A stretch of DNA of 64,000 nt, taken from the sequence record MK799832.1. One strand, 5' to 3'. Shown here in pieces: positions 9,717 through 19,323 of this stretch. Made by a program: the position numbers and the translations under genes. Within the stretch, counting starts at the first letter, position 1, and each line of letters opens with the position of its first letter. The notes under the pieces were generated by a model. The model did no database searches. It was not told the DNA's origin and saw only the letters and a program-made list of their open reading frames with translations.

Positions 9717-11004
9717 TCTTGAAATCCTCTACTACTTGTCCAATGTAATCAATCATATCATCAGTGATGACAGGAGAACAACCAAGGAAGAATACTGTGT
9801 TAAGAACCTTATTCGCTTCAGGATACTTCATGGCATCATCAAGATGTGAGTAACCAGGATGAAGAAGGATATTACCAGCAAAGTAATTACGAGTCTGAAC
9901 TTTGTTCTTCTCAAGGTGAGCGACAAGAGAGTGTTTCAGTTTCTTGTCATCACATACAATAGGAACACCAAACCAACTGGTTTCACTGTCTTCACGTTCG
10001 TTGACAACACGACAACCAGGAATAGTCTCGATGATCTTTTGAATCCTCTCCTTGTTCTTTCTCCTCAGATTATGAATCTCATCAAACTTCAGGAGTTGAA
10101 CTGAACCAACAGCACCCTGCATGTCAAGGGGTTTCAGGTTATAACCCATCTGTGAGAACACATACTTGTGATCCACAACATCTTCATAACCATCCAACCA
10201 AGTGTCAAATCGACGACCACAGACACCATTAGAGAGGAGATTTTGTTGTCCAACACAATAACAACCACGACCCCACCAAGCAAAACTACGAGCCAGGTCT
10301 ACAATCCCTTTGATATTTGACGATACCATACCACCCTCGATGGTACAGATGTGGTGTGCAGGATAGAAAGAACAAGATGCAGCCACTGCATGTTTGGTCA
10401 GGTAGTCACCTTTGTACTTACTTCCAAGACTGTCACAGTTATCTGCAATGATATGGATGTCTTTACTCTTACAGATGTCAACTAGACGATCAAGATCATA
10501 TGCATTACCAAGAACAGGAGAAGAGAACACCGCACGAGTCTTTGATGTGATCTTCTCCTCAACCTGATCCATATTCCAGTTCAGATCATCCCAGTTGATG
10601 TCAACAAAAACTGGTTTCAAACCATTCTGTACCAGTGGAGCAATGGTAGTAGCAAAACCACAGGAACATACGATGACCTCATCACCATCTTCCCACCCGA
10701 AGTATTTCTTCAGAGCAGCAATCATCACCAGGTTTGCTGATGAACCAGAGTTGACCATGACAGAATGATCGAAACCAAACCTGTCAGAGAACTCTTTCTC
10801 AAACTTGTTTACCTTCTCACCAGAAGACAACCACTTACCTTTCAGTGTAGCATAGATAAGTTCTTGGATCTCTAGATCATTCCAATATGGACCAGAGTAG
10901 TAGACATTATTACCTGGCTTCCAATCCTTATTAGCCATGAAGGGAAAGACGTTATCGTCCATCTCTTTGGCGTCTTGGATGAAGTTCTCAATCAGTTGGT
11001 ACAT
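9709..11004 (-). CDS. rfbH: RfbH/DdhC-like PMP-dependent NDP-4-keto-6-deoxyhexose 3-dehydrase (DegT/DnrJ/EryC1/StrS fold)
   Basis: VNSGSSANL, SFYPAHHI (His at the usual PLP-Lys position), WGRGCYC...CGRRF, GYNLK, RNYFAGN. Confidence 0.85.
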   Translation of the reverse strand: MYQLIENFIQDAKEMDDNVFPFMANKDWKPGNNVYYSGPYWNDLEIQELIYATLKGKWLSSGEKVNKFEKEFSDRFGFDHSVMVNSGSSANLVMIAALKKYFGWEDGDEVIVCSCGFATTIAPLVQNGLKPVFVDINWDDLNWNMDQVEEKITSKTRAVFSSPVLGNAYDLDRLVDICKSKDIHIIADNCDSLGSKYKGDYLTKHAVAASCSFYPAHHICTIEGGMVSSNIKGIVDLARSFAWWGRGCYCVGQQNLLSNGVCGRRFDTWLDGYEDVVDHKYVFSQMGYNLKPLDMQGAVGSVQLLKFDEIHNLRRKNKERIQKIIETIPGCRVVNEREDSETSWFGVPIVCDDKKLKHSLVAHLEKNKVQTRNYFAGNILLHPGYSHLDDAMKYPEANKVLNTVFFLGCSPVITDDMIDYIGQVVEDFKNA

Positions 11005-11005
11005 A

Positions 11006-11980
11006 TTATTCTACAGTTTGATTTCTAGTATACAACGGACTCTTAATCCTGTAAACATCCCATTCCTTCTCACACTCTGTGCCAGAGAACTCTTTACCAT
11101 CTCTATCGATGTAGTCCCAGGTTGGTACAATCATATCATCACCACGCCACCATCCATCAGATGTCTTGTGGTCGAACCAATACTTAGGAGCGATTACTTT
11201 TTTAACTTCTTCACTTGTCCATACAGGCCAGAAAGAAAATGTCGATGCAGACATAATTACATTCCTAGCATTATATAGGATCGACCAATCAACCCCAATA
11301 TTACCACCCTTATACTTGAAGAATCCAGTTCCTTGTTCGATATCTTCTTGTTCAGAAAGAGTGGTGGCACCTACAACCTTTGCCCATGGGATGAACTTGT
11401 TTGCATTCTCAGGATCATCTGTGACAACCACAAATTTCATATTGGGATTGTATTCCAACATACGATCACGTGCGTTCTCATAGAACTTAGGTTCCAACCA
11501 TGAAGCAGTGATCAAATACTCACCACCACGGAAGTGAATTACACAAGTATCATCGTCAGAGTAATCTCGGACATCAATATTAGTCTTCAACCATTCTCGG
11601 ATGGTACTCTTTTGACCATCTAGGTATGACAGACATTGAAATAATCCATCAATCTTTGAATTGTCAGGTAGATTATTCCAAAGACCAGGATCAAAGAAGA
11701 TACCATCATGTCCACACTGAGGAAGAGGGACAGACTGCTCACGAATATAGTGTTTAATACCTTGTGGGAGAGATGCAGGTTGTTGTCCTTCGCGTGGTGT
11801 AGAACCACCGATAACTTCCTCACCAAAGTCGAAGTCAGGCATAAAGTTCTTTGCCTTGAATGGAGTGGTCTTCATGACACCCCACTTGTATCCATGTCTG
11901 CGTGCAAGGATCCTTGATACGACAAGGTTCCAGATCTGGTTTCCCAGTCCAGAACCCCTATAGATTTCAGTAACGATCAT
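11006..11980 (-). CDS. Glycosyltransferase family 11-like, third copy
   Basis: GLGNQ, GLFQ, IHFRGGEY, VVTDD, SASTFSFW. Confidence 0.75.
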   Translation of the reverse strand: MIVTEIYRGSGLGNQIWNLVVSRILARRHGYKWGVMKTTPFKAKNFMPDFDFGEEVIGGSTPREGQQPASLPQGIKHYIREQSVPLPQCGHDGIFFDPGLWNNLPDNSKIDGLFQCLSYLDGQKSTIREWLKTNIDVRDYSDDDTCVIHFRGGEYLITASWLEPKFYENARDRMLEYNPNMKFVVVTDDPENANKFIPWAKVVGATTLSEQEDIEQGTGFFKYKGGNIGVDWSILYNARNVIMSASTFSFWPVWTSEEVKKVIAPKYWFDHKTSDGWWRGDDMIVPTWDYIDRDGKEFSGTECEKEWDVYRIKSPLYTRNQTVE

Positions 11981-12861
11981 TTGATTAGATAAGAATACTT
12001 CTCTTGGTTGTCAATAAGATACTGAGGGAATCGATCTTCGTCAAAATGACAGATACAATAGGATGCATTGTCTTGACCAAGTGGTGATCTACCATCCTTA
12101 AGTCTTTGTTCCAACTCACCAATCAGTCTATCATTATTCAACTCAGTGTGTGCTGAAGATTTAATCTTCTTCATCACTCGATCATACATGGTAGTCTCTT
12201 CATCACTACCAACCGTGCTCCAGTGCCAACCACCAGGATAGATCCTAAGATTATTCTCTTGAGGAAGTTCACGTCTCATACCAGTCAGAGTGTACTTCTT
12301 CAATGTGGCAAAGTCACACATCTTTGTACCAATCCAACGAGGACCTTCTTCTTCATAAGAGAAGTCTTTGGTTTGAGAATGAATCGTACCACTGGTCTCG
12401 AACCAGTTCAGTGCAGCTTGATAGTTGTCTTGTGCAAAGTTGTAGACAGTACCAGGTTTGTAGAATGATTCATACTGTTCAATGACCTCAGGATTAGGTA
12501 CCTCATCCAAATCACTCCAGATGATGATGTCTTCATCAGAACAATGTTCCTTTAATACATCCATGATACTATCTTTGTAGTATGTGTCCCTCATGAAGGA
12601 CTCTCTCTTCACGTTGTATTGAATACCTTTTGCTTGAAGTTCTTCTTGAGAAGGTTCTTCAATCTTGGTATAGATAATTTTATCTTTAAACTTCTTGAAT
12701 CTCTTGTCAGTCTTTTTAAAGATATACCCCTTATCTTCACCAGAGAAAGTTTTACTACCCTCACTGAATACAAAGTAATCAACATATGGATCAAGAAGAT
12801 TCATACGAATCTCCAACAGATCTAACTCATAACCAAAAAGAAATACGTCAAATACTTTCAT
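11977..12861 (-). CDS. Glycosyltransferase family 17 (MGAT3-like beta-1,4-GlcNAc transferase)
   Basis: FDVFLFGYELDLLEIRMNLLDPYVDYFV, SDLDEVP, GGWHWS. Confidence 0.85.
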   Translation of the reverse strand: MKVFDVFLFGYELDLLEIRMNLLDPYVDYFVFSEGSKTFSGEDKGYIFKKTDKRFKKFKDKIIYTKIEEPSQEELQAKGIQYNVKRESFMRDTYYKDSIMDVLKEHCSDEDIIIWSDLDEVPNPEVIEQYESFYKPGTVYNFAQDNYQAALNWFETSGTIHSQTKDFSYEEEGPRWIGTKMCDFATLKKYTLTGMRRELPQENNLRIYPGGWHWSTVGSDEETTMYDRVMKKIKSSAHTELNNDRLIGELEQRLKDGRSPLGQDNASYCICHFDEDRFPQYLIDNQEKYSYLIK

Positions 12862-12862
12862 G

Positions 12863-13576
12863 TCAGTCTCTCAGCTTAAACAATGCATCACCACCCATCA
12901 CATCAGTGTATGGCCAGTTCTGTGCTAGATCATATCCAGGAAGCAGATCTGAAACAGTCTGAAGGTTAGTTGCACCTTCATACATTTCTTCTTCATGATA
13001 CTCGGTGTAGATATAATCAATCTTACCGATCATATTCTTTGCACCAAGGAACACTTCCTTCTCTGCACCTTGAACATCCATCCACAAGAAGTCGATGTGT
13101 TCAATACCATTCTCTTCACAGAATGAATCAAGACTACGAGTAGAGACTGTAATCTTCTCATCGTATTTGATGAATGGCCAACGGTTACCCTTTGGACCAC
13201 CATCAATGATAGTCTTTGGTTCGTAGATAGAACCAGAGTACCTACCAAAGTCTACACCACCATCAGGTGCATTGACATTCCTAGAACGTGTGAATGTGGT
13301 TACACCATCCTGTGCTGCAATTGCCGCAGGAGTGAATGTGTGACGACTATCAGAACGAAGGTTGTCATTAGTTACACCTTTGACATCTTTACCACCAGGC
13401 GTTGACATCGCTTTGATATTGGTGGGGTCAGGATCAAACGTATACAGTTTCAGATTAGGACCAAACTGTCGAAGAAATTCCTTCGAGTCAGTACCATCTG
13501 CACATCCCACCTCGAAGATAACCACAGACTCACGGTTACCTACCATCTCATGAATTTTATCAATTGCTAGTCCCAT
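12863..13576 (-). CDS. FkbM-family methyltransferase
   Basis: IFEVGCADG, SLDSFC, IDFLWMDVQGAE, IYTE. Confidence 0.85.
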   Translation of the reverse strand: MGLAIDKIHEMVGNRESVVIFEVGCADGTDSKEFLRQFGPNLKLYTFDPDPTNIKAMSTPGGKDVKGVTNDNLRSDSRHTFTPAAIAAQDGVTTFTRSRNVNAPDGGVDFGRYSGSIYEPKTIIDGGPKGNRWPFIKYDEKITVSTRSLDSFCEENGIEHIDFLWMDVQGAEKEVFLGAKNMIGKIDYIYTEYHEEEMYEGATNLQTVSDLLPGYDLAQNWPYTDVMGGDALFKLRD

Positions 13577-14636
13577 CTACTTTCTCCTCAATTTGTGTAC
13601 AAATCCATTCGTATGTCTTACGGATACCCTCTTCAAGACTCTGAGAGTAATCCCAACCAAGTTTCTCACGGATGAGATCGTTATTTGAATTACGACCACG
13701 GACACCCGTAGGAGCATCGAGTTTATAGATCTTTCTGACTACCTTATCAGACACTTTTGCTGCAGTATCAACCAGTTGATTGATAGTCACCATTTCCTCG
13801 GAACCAATATTTACTGGACCTTGGAAGTCACTATCCATCAATCTTCGAGTTGCTTCAATGCATTCGTCAATGAACAGGAAGGAGCGAGTCTGTAAGCCAT
13901 CTCCCCACACCTCGATTCCTCCACCGACCTTCGGGAGGTAAGCGACTTTACGGCAGATTGCAGCTGGTGCTTTCTCTCTTCCACCGTCCCAGGTTCCCTC
14001 AGGTCCAAAGATGTTATGATACCTAGCGACACGAACAGGGATCCCGTAATTACGAGAGTAAGCAAAGTAGAGACGTTCTGAGAACAATTTCTCCCATCCA
14101 TATTCGGAGTCTGGGTCTGCTGGGTATGCTGATTCTTCACGACAGTCAGGGTTGTCAGGATCAAGTTGATTGTGTTCTGGATACATACATGCAGATCCAG
14201 AGTAGAAGATCTTAGTCGTATTAACTTCTTTTGATTCGTTTAGTTTACGTTGTTCTTCAAGAACATTCAGGTTGATAGACACAGAGTTGTGCATGATATC
14301 TGCATCGTTCTCACCAGTGAAAACGAAACCTGCACCACCCATATCAGCGGCAAACTGATAGATCTCATCAAAAGGTTGTGCAAACTTCTCAGCAATCTGT
14401 TGATAGAAGTTACCAAGGTATCCAGTGAAACGAATACAACGACGAACAAAGGTCACATCACGCAGGTCACCCTGAATGAATTCATTTGCTTCAGTCTCAG
14501 AATACTCTGGTCGTTTCAGGTCAACAACACGAACCCAGTACCCTTCTGACCGTAATCGTTTCACCATGTGACTACCAATGAAACCACCTGCACCGAGAAC
14601 CAGTGCAGTCTTCTTATACTCAGTCATAACATCCAT
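13560..14636 (-). CDS. GDP-mannose 3',5'-epimerase-like SDR
   Basis: LGAGGFIGSH, AADMGGAGF, FYSGSACMYP, YGWEKL, RYHNIFGPEG, GGREKAPAAICRK, GVRGRNSNN. Confidence 0.85.
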   Translation of the reverse strand: MDVMTEYKKTALVLGAGGFIGSHMVKRLRSEGYWVRVVDLKRPEYSETEANEFIQGDLRDVTFVRRCIRFTGYLGNFYQQIAEKFAQPFDEIYQFAADMGGAGFVFTGENDADIMHNSVSINLNVLEEQRKLNESKEVNTTKIFYSGSACMYPEHNQLDPDNPDCREESAYPADPDSEYGWEKLFSERLYFAYSRNYGIPVRVARYHNIFGPEGTWDGGREKAPAAICRKVAYLPKVGGGIEVWGDGLQTRSFLFIDECIEATRRLMDSDFQGPVNIGSEEMVTINQLVDTAAKVSDKVVRKIYKLDAPTGVRGRNSNNDLIREKLGWDYSQSLEEGIRKTYEWICTQIEEKVDGTSN

Positions 14637-14665
14637 GAATTACTTACTATGTATTCTTAAAAAAG

Positions 14666-15496
14666 TCAGTACACTTTACACATCATATCAAGTCCTGTGT
14701 CGATGTCAAGTTTAGGAACAAACCCTAAAGAATTTAACTTATCGACATTCATTGTGAAGTTCTTGATCTGTAGATAGTCCTGATCCTCAGGAAAAGGAAC
14801 GTCAATGATCTCACTTGTACTACCTACCTTCTCCTTACAATATTCAATGATCTCCCTGAATGATCGTGACACACCAGTTCCGATGTTATAGATCTCATTT
14901 GGTTTACCAAAGACCATCAACTCATCCATCGCTCTACATACATCATCGACATACATGTAGTCTTTCTGATAGTCACCACCACCATACAGTTTGATAGGGT
15001 CATTGTTCTTCAGACAACGAATCATATACCCAAGAACATTCTTTCCTGGTGTCACTGTAGGGTCAATACCAAAGACATTACCAATCCTAAAGATACGGTA
15101 ATCAATACCAAAAGTCTTGCAGTATGAAATGACTAATGACTCTGCACATCTCTTAGTGATTGAATAGAACCCTGTTGGATTGCAGGGGTCATCTTCCCTT
15201 GCATCGATGATGTCATTGTCATAAACGAAACCAGAACTGACAAAGTTGAACACAGTATCTGTTCTCTTACAATGTGATAACACCTCAGTCAGAATCTTCA
15301 GATTGGTATCGATGTCAACCTGAAGATCTTTAAAGACATTCTGATTACTTGTTGTACTAATCAAGTACAGGATATCAGAGGATTCAGGGTGTCTCTGGCC
15401 ACGGGGGATAGGAATATTATCAGGGTACATTCGACAGTAATTACTACCGATATAACCTGATGCACCAAATACAGATAGATTAATCATATTTCTCAC
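14666..15496 (-). CDS. NAD-dependent epimerase/reductase (SDR)
   Basis: GASGYIG, YSITK, RIGNVFG, DYMYVDD. Confidence 0.8.
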   Translation of the reverse strand: MRNMINLSVFGASGYIGSNYCRMYPDNIPIPRGQRHPESSDILYLISTTSNQNVFKDLQVDIDTNLKILTEVLSHCKRTDTVFNFVSSGFVYDNDIIDAREDDPCNPTGFYSITKRCAESLVISYCKTFGIDYRIFRIGNVFGIDPTVTPGKNVLGYMIRCLKNNDPIKLYGGGDYQKDYMYVDDVCRAMDELMVFGKPNEIYNIGTGVSRSFREIIEYCKEKVGSTSEIIDVPFPEDQDYLQIKNFTMNVDKLNSLGFVPKLDIDTGLDMMCKVY

Positions 15497-16025
15497 ACTC
15501 CTCTAAGGTCTTACCACGTTTATCTTTCTCAGACAAAATAGGATATGGAACATTCCATTCAATATCTAGAGCAGGATCATTCCACAGAAGAGTTCGATCA
15601 TACTCCTTGTAGTAATACTCTGTTGTCTTGTATGAGACATGTGCACGGTCACTCTTGACAACAAACCCATGTGCAAATCCCTCAGGAACCCACAACATCA
15701 ATTCAGGTCTGTTCAAATCAATCTTATAGTGTTCACCAAAAGTATTTGATGTCAATCGAAGATCGACGATAACATCTGTGATCCAACCTTTTACACACCT
15801 TACAAGTTTTCCTTGTGGTTTCTCAACCTGATAGTGAAGACCACGAAGAACATTCGCCGTAGAGGAAGAGTGATTGTCTTGAACAAATTCTACATCCAAT
15901 CCAACCTCACTAAAGTCCCTTTTGTTGTATGACTCAATGAAGTAACCACGATCATCAAAGTGTCGTGGTTGTTCGATGATGTATGCACCATCGAGAGGTG
16001 TATTAATGATTTTCATAATGTTCAA
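15480..16025 (-). CDS. rmlC: dTDP-4-dehydrorhamnose 3,5-epimerase
   Basis: DDRGYF, VQDNHS, LRGLHYQ, QGKLVRC, WVPEGFAHGF, WNDP. Confidence 0.92.
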   Translation of the reverse strand: MNIMKIINTPLDGAYIIEQPRHFDDRGYFIESYNKRDFSEVGLDVEFVQDNHSSSTANVLRGLHYQVEKPQGKLVRCVKGWITDVIVDLRLTSNTFGEHYKIDLNRPELMLWVPEGFAHGFVVKSDRAHVSYKTTEYYYKEYDRTLLWNDPALDIEWNVPYPILSEKDKRGKTLEECEKYD

Positions 16026-16920
16026 TCGTCTTTAGGAGTCCTTGATTGATGTCAGTTTTTGGTTTCCAACCAATTTCGGTAGTGATCTTTTGATTTGATG
16101 TTGAGTATCTTACATCATGTCCTGGTCTGTCAGCAACTAATACAATAGGGTGATCAGGTTTACCCATCAGTGATGTAATACGTTTGACAAGTTCAAGATT
16201 AGTCATCTCACACTCACCACCGATGTTGTACCTGTCTCCTACATTACCATGGGTCCACAATTCAATCAAGGCATCACAATGATCCTCAACAAAAATCCAA
16301 TCTCTGACCTGCTGACCATCACCATAGACAGGAATGGGCAAATCATTCTTCACATTATGAATGATCTTGGGGATCATCTTCTCATAATGTTGTCTAGGTC
16401 CGTAGTTGTTTGAACAATTTGTGATCGTTGTGGGTAGACCATAAGTCTTATTGTATGCGTTCACAAAGTGATCACTTGCTGCTTTTGATGCAGAGTATGG
16501 ATTCCTTGGTTTGTATCTTGATTGTTCATTGAAGGAACCTTCAGAGATAGAACCAAATACCTCATCAGTAGAGATGTGCATAAACCTGTTCACCTCCTTC
16601 TCTAATGCAAGTTGAAGAAGATTGACTGTACCAATCACATTGGCTTCAATAAATGGTTTACAGTCCTTGATAGAGTTGTCTACGTGACTCTCTGCAGCAA
16701 GATGGAAGATGTCCGTGAAGGTTTCTTGTTCAAAAAGATATCTGACCGCCTCCTCATCTACAAGATCAGCCATATAGAGTTCCACATTGTCAGGTACATT
16801 GTCCTGACTAGCGGCATAGGTAAACTTGTCTACGCATACAAGTCTTTCTTTGAATGGTGCAAGTTGTCTGAGAAGACTACTACCAATGAACCCTGCACCA
16901 CCAGTAACTAAAATTGTCAT
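16003..16920 (-). CDS. rmlB: dTDP-glucose 4,6-dehydratase
   Basis: VTGGAGFIGS, LAAESHVDNS, HISTDEVFG, PYSASKA, NCSNNYGP, DRPGHDVRY. Confidence 0.92.
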   Translation of the reverse strand: MTILVTGGAGFIGSSLLRQLAPFKERLVCVDKFTYAASQDNVPDNVELYMADLVDEEAVRYLFEQETFTDIFHLAAESHVDNSIKDCKPFIEANVIGTVNLLQLALEKEVNRFMHISTDEVFGSISEGSFNEQSRYKPRNPYSASKAASDHFVNAYNKTYGLPTTITNCSNNYGPRQHYEKMIPKIIHNVKNDLPIPVYGDGQQVRDWIFVEDHCDALIELWTHGNVGDRYNIGGECEMTNLELVKRITSLMGKPDHPIVLVADRPGHDVRYSTSNQKITTEIGWKPKTDINQGLLKTIEHYENH

Positions 16921-17270
16921 TTTTGTTCGTACTTATCAAGGATGGAAGGTGAATATTGTTCAGGTACATCACCCTGAAATTTTTCTATCCTCTTCTTTGT
17001 CTCAAGTTCAAACACTCTATTTCTTAATTCGGTAGAAGAGTATTTGTGTTGTCTCTTGTGATAATGAATCTCAATATCATTATCAATACAATATTGTTTA
17101 CCTGTAAAGTCTCTATCTTTATACTCTTCACTCAAGAATCTGATGTCAATTCTCTGTGTCTTGATCATATTCAGAAGATCTTCTTCGGTCTCGTAGACCA
17201 GAATCTCATCGACGTATCTACAACCCTGTACCTGTACATACATCTCGTACACACTCTGAGTGGGTTTGTA
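16917..17270 (-). pseudogene. 5'-truncated cytidylyltransferase (TagD/glycerol-3-phosphate cytidylyltransferase-like)
   Basis: KPTQSVYE...CRYVDEILVYETEEDL...YSSTELR present; the N-terminal FDLLHxGH half is absent and similarity stops at ~17270. Confidence 0.75.
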
Positions 17271-17940
17271 TACTGAACATCTTCGTATAAATTCTGATGG
17301 TAATATTGGAATTGGTACAAGTGGTTTTACTCTAAATGGAAAAAATTTAAAAATTGGTTCATTCGGTGGTGGTGCTAATGATATTACAAGATTAGAACTT
17401 CATACAACAAGCAATTCTGGAACTAAACATTTTTCTATTGGAAATAATGGATCTACTTTAAATGTATATGATGAAACTGCGGATGTAGAAAGAGTCGCAA
17501 TATCAACAGATGGTCATGTAACTACACCGACTTCGAGTGCAGTATATATGAGTTGTGATGCTTCAACACCATCCATATCTGCTGGCCAACCACTTCAATT
17601 TAATGAAAAATATAATGATCGTAATAATGACTATAGTACATCAACCTACTTATTTACTGCTCCAGTAACTGGGTATTATATGATTTCGGCTCACGTAATT
17701 CCTACAAATTTAACACAAAATACTAGTGAAGAATTGTATTTTAGAATAAATGGTAGTGGTGGTGCTCGAATTTTCTTAGACAGAAGAAAGAAGACCGAAT
17801 CAGATAGTAATAGTTTTAGTATTGGTGGATCTTTGTCTTATTATTTGACAAAAGGCACAACAGTCAATTTTGAATTAAACAATGGTAGTAATGCCACATT
17901 AGAACAAAATAGTATGGCAAGTATTGTTCTATTAGGATGA
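17260..17940 (+). pseudogene. 5'-truncated tail-fibre protein ending in a C1q-like domain
   Basis: Starts mid-repeat (TEHLRINSDGNIGIG) with a GTG start and no RBS; C-terminal LQFN...YLFTAPVTGYYMISA. Confidence 0.7.
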
Positions 17941-17963
17941 TAAATAACTAAAAAGTAGATAAA

Positions 17964-19298
17964 ATGTCAAGAGCTCGTAATCTTGCTGGTTTTGGTTCTG
18001 CGGTTACTAACCCTCAAAATCCTGTTAATGTCAGGTTAGGGATTGTTACTGCAATCGAATATTATGGTGACGGCTCAAACCTGACTGGTACTCCTGGTGG
18101 TCTTGGTACTTCATTGTTACCAGATGACCTCACCAGTCCACTGAATAAGATATATTATACTGATGCAAACCTAACCATTGGTTCTACCATCACTGTAGAT
18201 CCACCAGCATCTGCTTCAGCAGCTTATACACAATATACCAACATTGTCCTACAAGGTGATGCAGACCTGATTGTAGCCGATGGTGATGACTTTATTCCTG
18301 ACATTTTAGGTATTGGTACAGATGTAGACACTCCTGGTATTCTTGCCAGTGGTGAAGGTAAAGTAAGAGTAGATAATATTACAGACAAAAGTGGTGTTAA
18401 GGCACCTAAGTTCCCTTATGGTCTTGCAGTTCCTGTTGGTGCAGCAGTATCAGTTGGTTATGGAACAGAAGCAACACCTGGTTTAGTTGGTGTTGATACA
18501 AGTACTGGCATATTCTTCCCTGCCGCTGGTAGTGTTGCAGTTTCTGCTGGTGGTACTGAGGCACTCAGAGTTGTAACTTCTGGTAATGTAGGCCTCGGAA
18601 CAGGTAATCCAGCAACAGCATTAGAAATTGGAAAAGGATTTATTGACCCAGTAATTAGACTGAATGATCCTGCTGATCGTCGTATGAGTATCAGAGGACC
18701 AAGTGCAAACAATTTGGCTTCTGTAGGAACAGAATCTGCTAATGATTTGTTATTTTTTACAAATGGATATAGTAATGAAAGATTTCGTATCACTAGCGGT
18801 GGTAACATCAATGTATCAGCTGGTTCTACCTTACAGTTAGGTGATAATTCTATTACACAAAACCAAGTCTATAGATATGAAGAGATTGCTGGTGGTGCAA
18901 TCAAAAAGTATTATGTCAGAGATACATTGAATTCTGGACAACTGACTAGATTTACTTTTGTAGGAACTGATAGAACTAGTGCAATGATTACAATCAATGC
19001 TACAGGTTCTTGGACAGCATCTAACACAGCAACTAATCACCCTGCTGCACAGTTTATGTGTAGAGTATTTACAAACTCCAGTGGTACATCTTCTGATAGT
19101 GCAACAGTAACCACACCTTTTGCATATACTTACTCAGCAGCAAGTCACTATGCATTCAATAATTCTGGTGGAAATGGATATAGTATTGATATTACTAATC
19201 CAACAGGTGATGATGGTGTTTCATTCTTCTATGAAGTCATTGTTCAAAGTGCAGTACCAGGTTCACAGCACGCAATGACCGCTTCATCCACTGCCTGA
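17964..19298 (+). CDS. Tail fibre/virion adhesin protein
   Basis: Gly/Thr/Ser-rich; EALRVVTSGNVGLGT and ERFRITSGGNI fibre repeats. Confidence 0.75.
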   Translation: MSRARNLAGFGSAVTNPQNPVNVRLGIVTAIEYYGDGSNLTGTPGGLGTSLLPDDLTSPLNKIYYTDANLTIGSTITVDPPASASAAYTQYTNIVLQGDADLIVADGDDFIPDILGIGTDVDTPGILASGEGKVRVDNITDKSGVKAPKFPYGLAVPVGAAVSVGYGTEATPGLVGVDTSTGIFFPAAGSVAVSAGGTEALRVVTSGNVGLGTGNPATALEIGKGFIDPVIRLNDPADRRMSIRGPSANNLASVGTESANDLLFFTNGYSNERFRITSGGNINVSAGSTLQLGDNSITQNQVYRYEEIAGGAIKKYYVRDTLNSGQLTRFTFVGTDRTSAMITINATGSWTASNTATNHPAAQFMCRVFTNSSGTSSDSATVTTPFAYTYSAASHYAFNNSGGNGYSIDITNPTGDDGVSFFYEVIVQSAVPGSQHAMTASSTA

Positions 19299-19323
19299 TA
19301 AATAACTAAAAAAGTATAATCCC

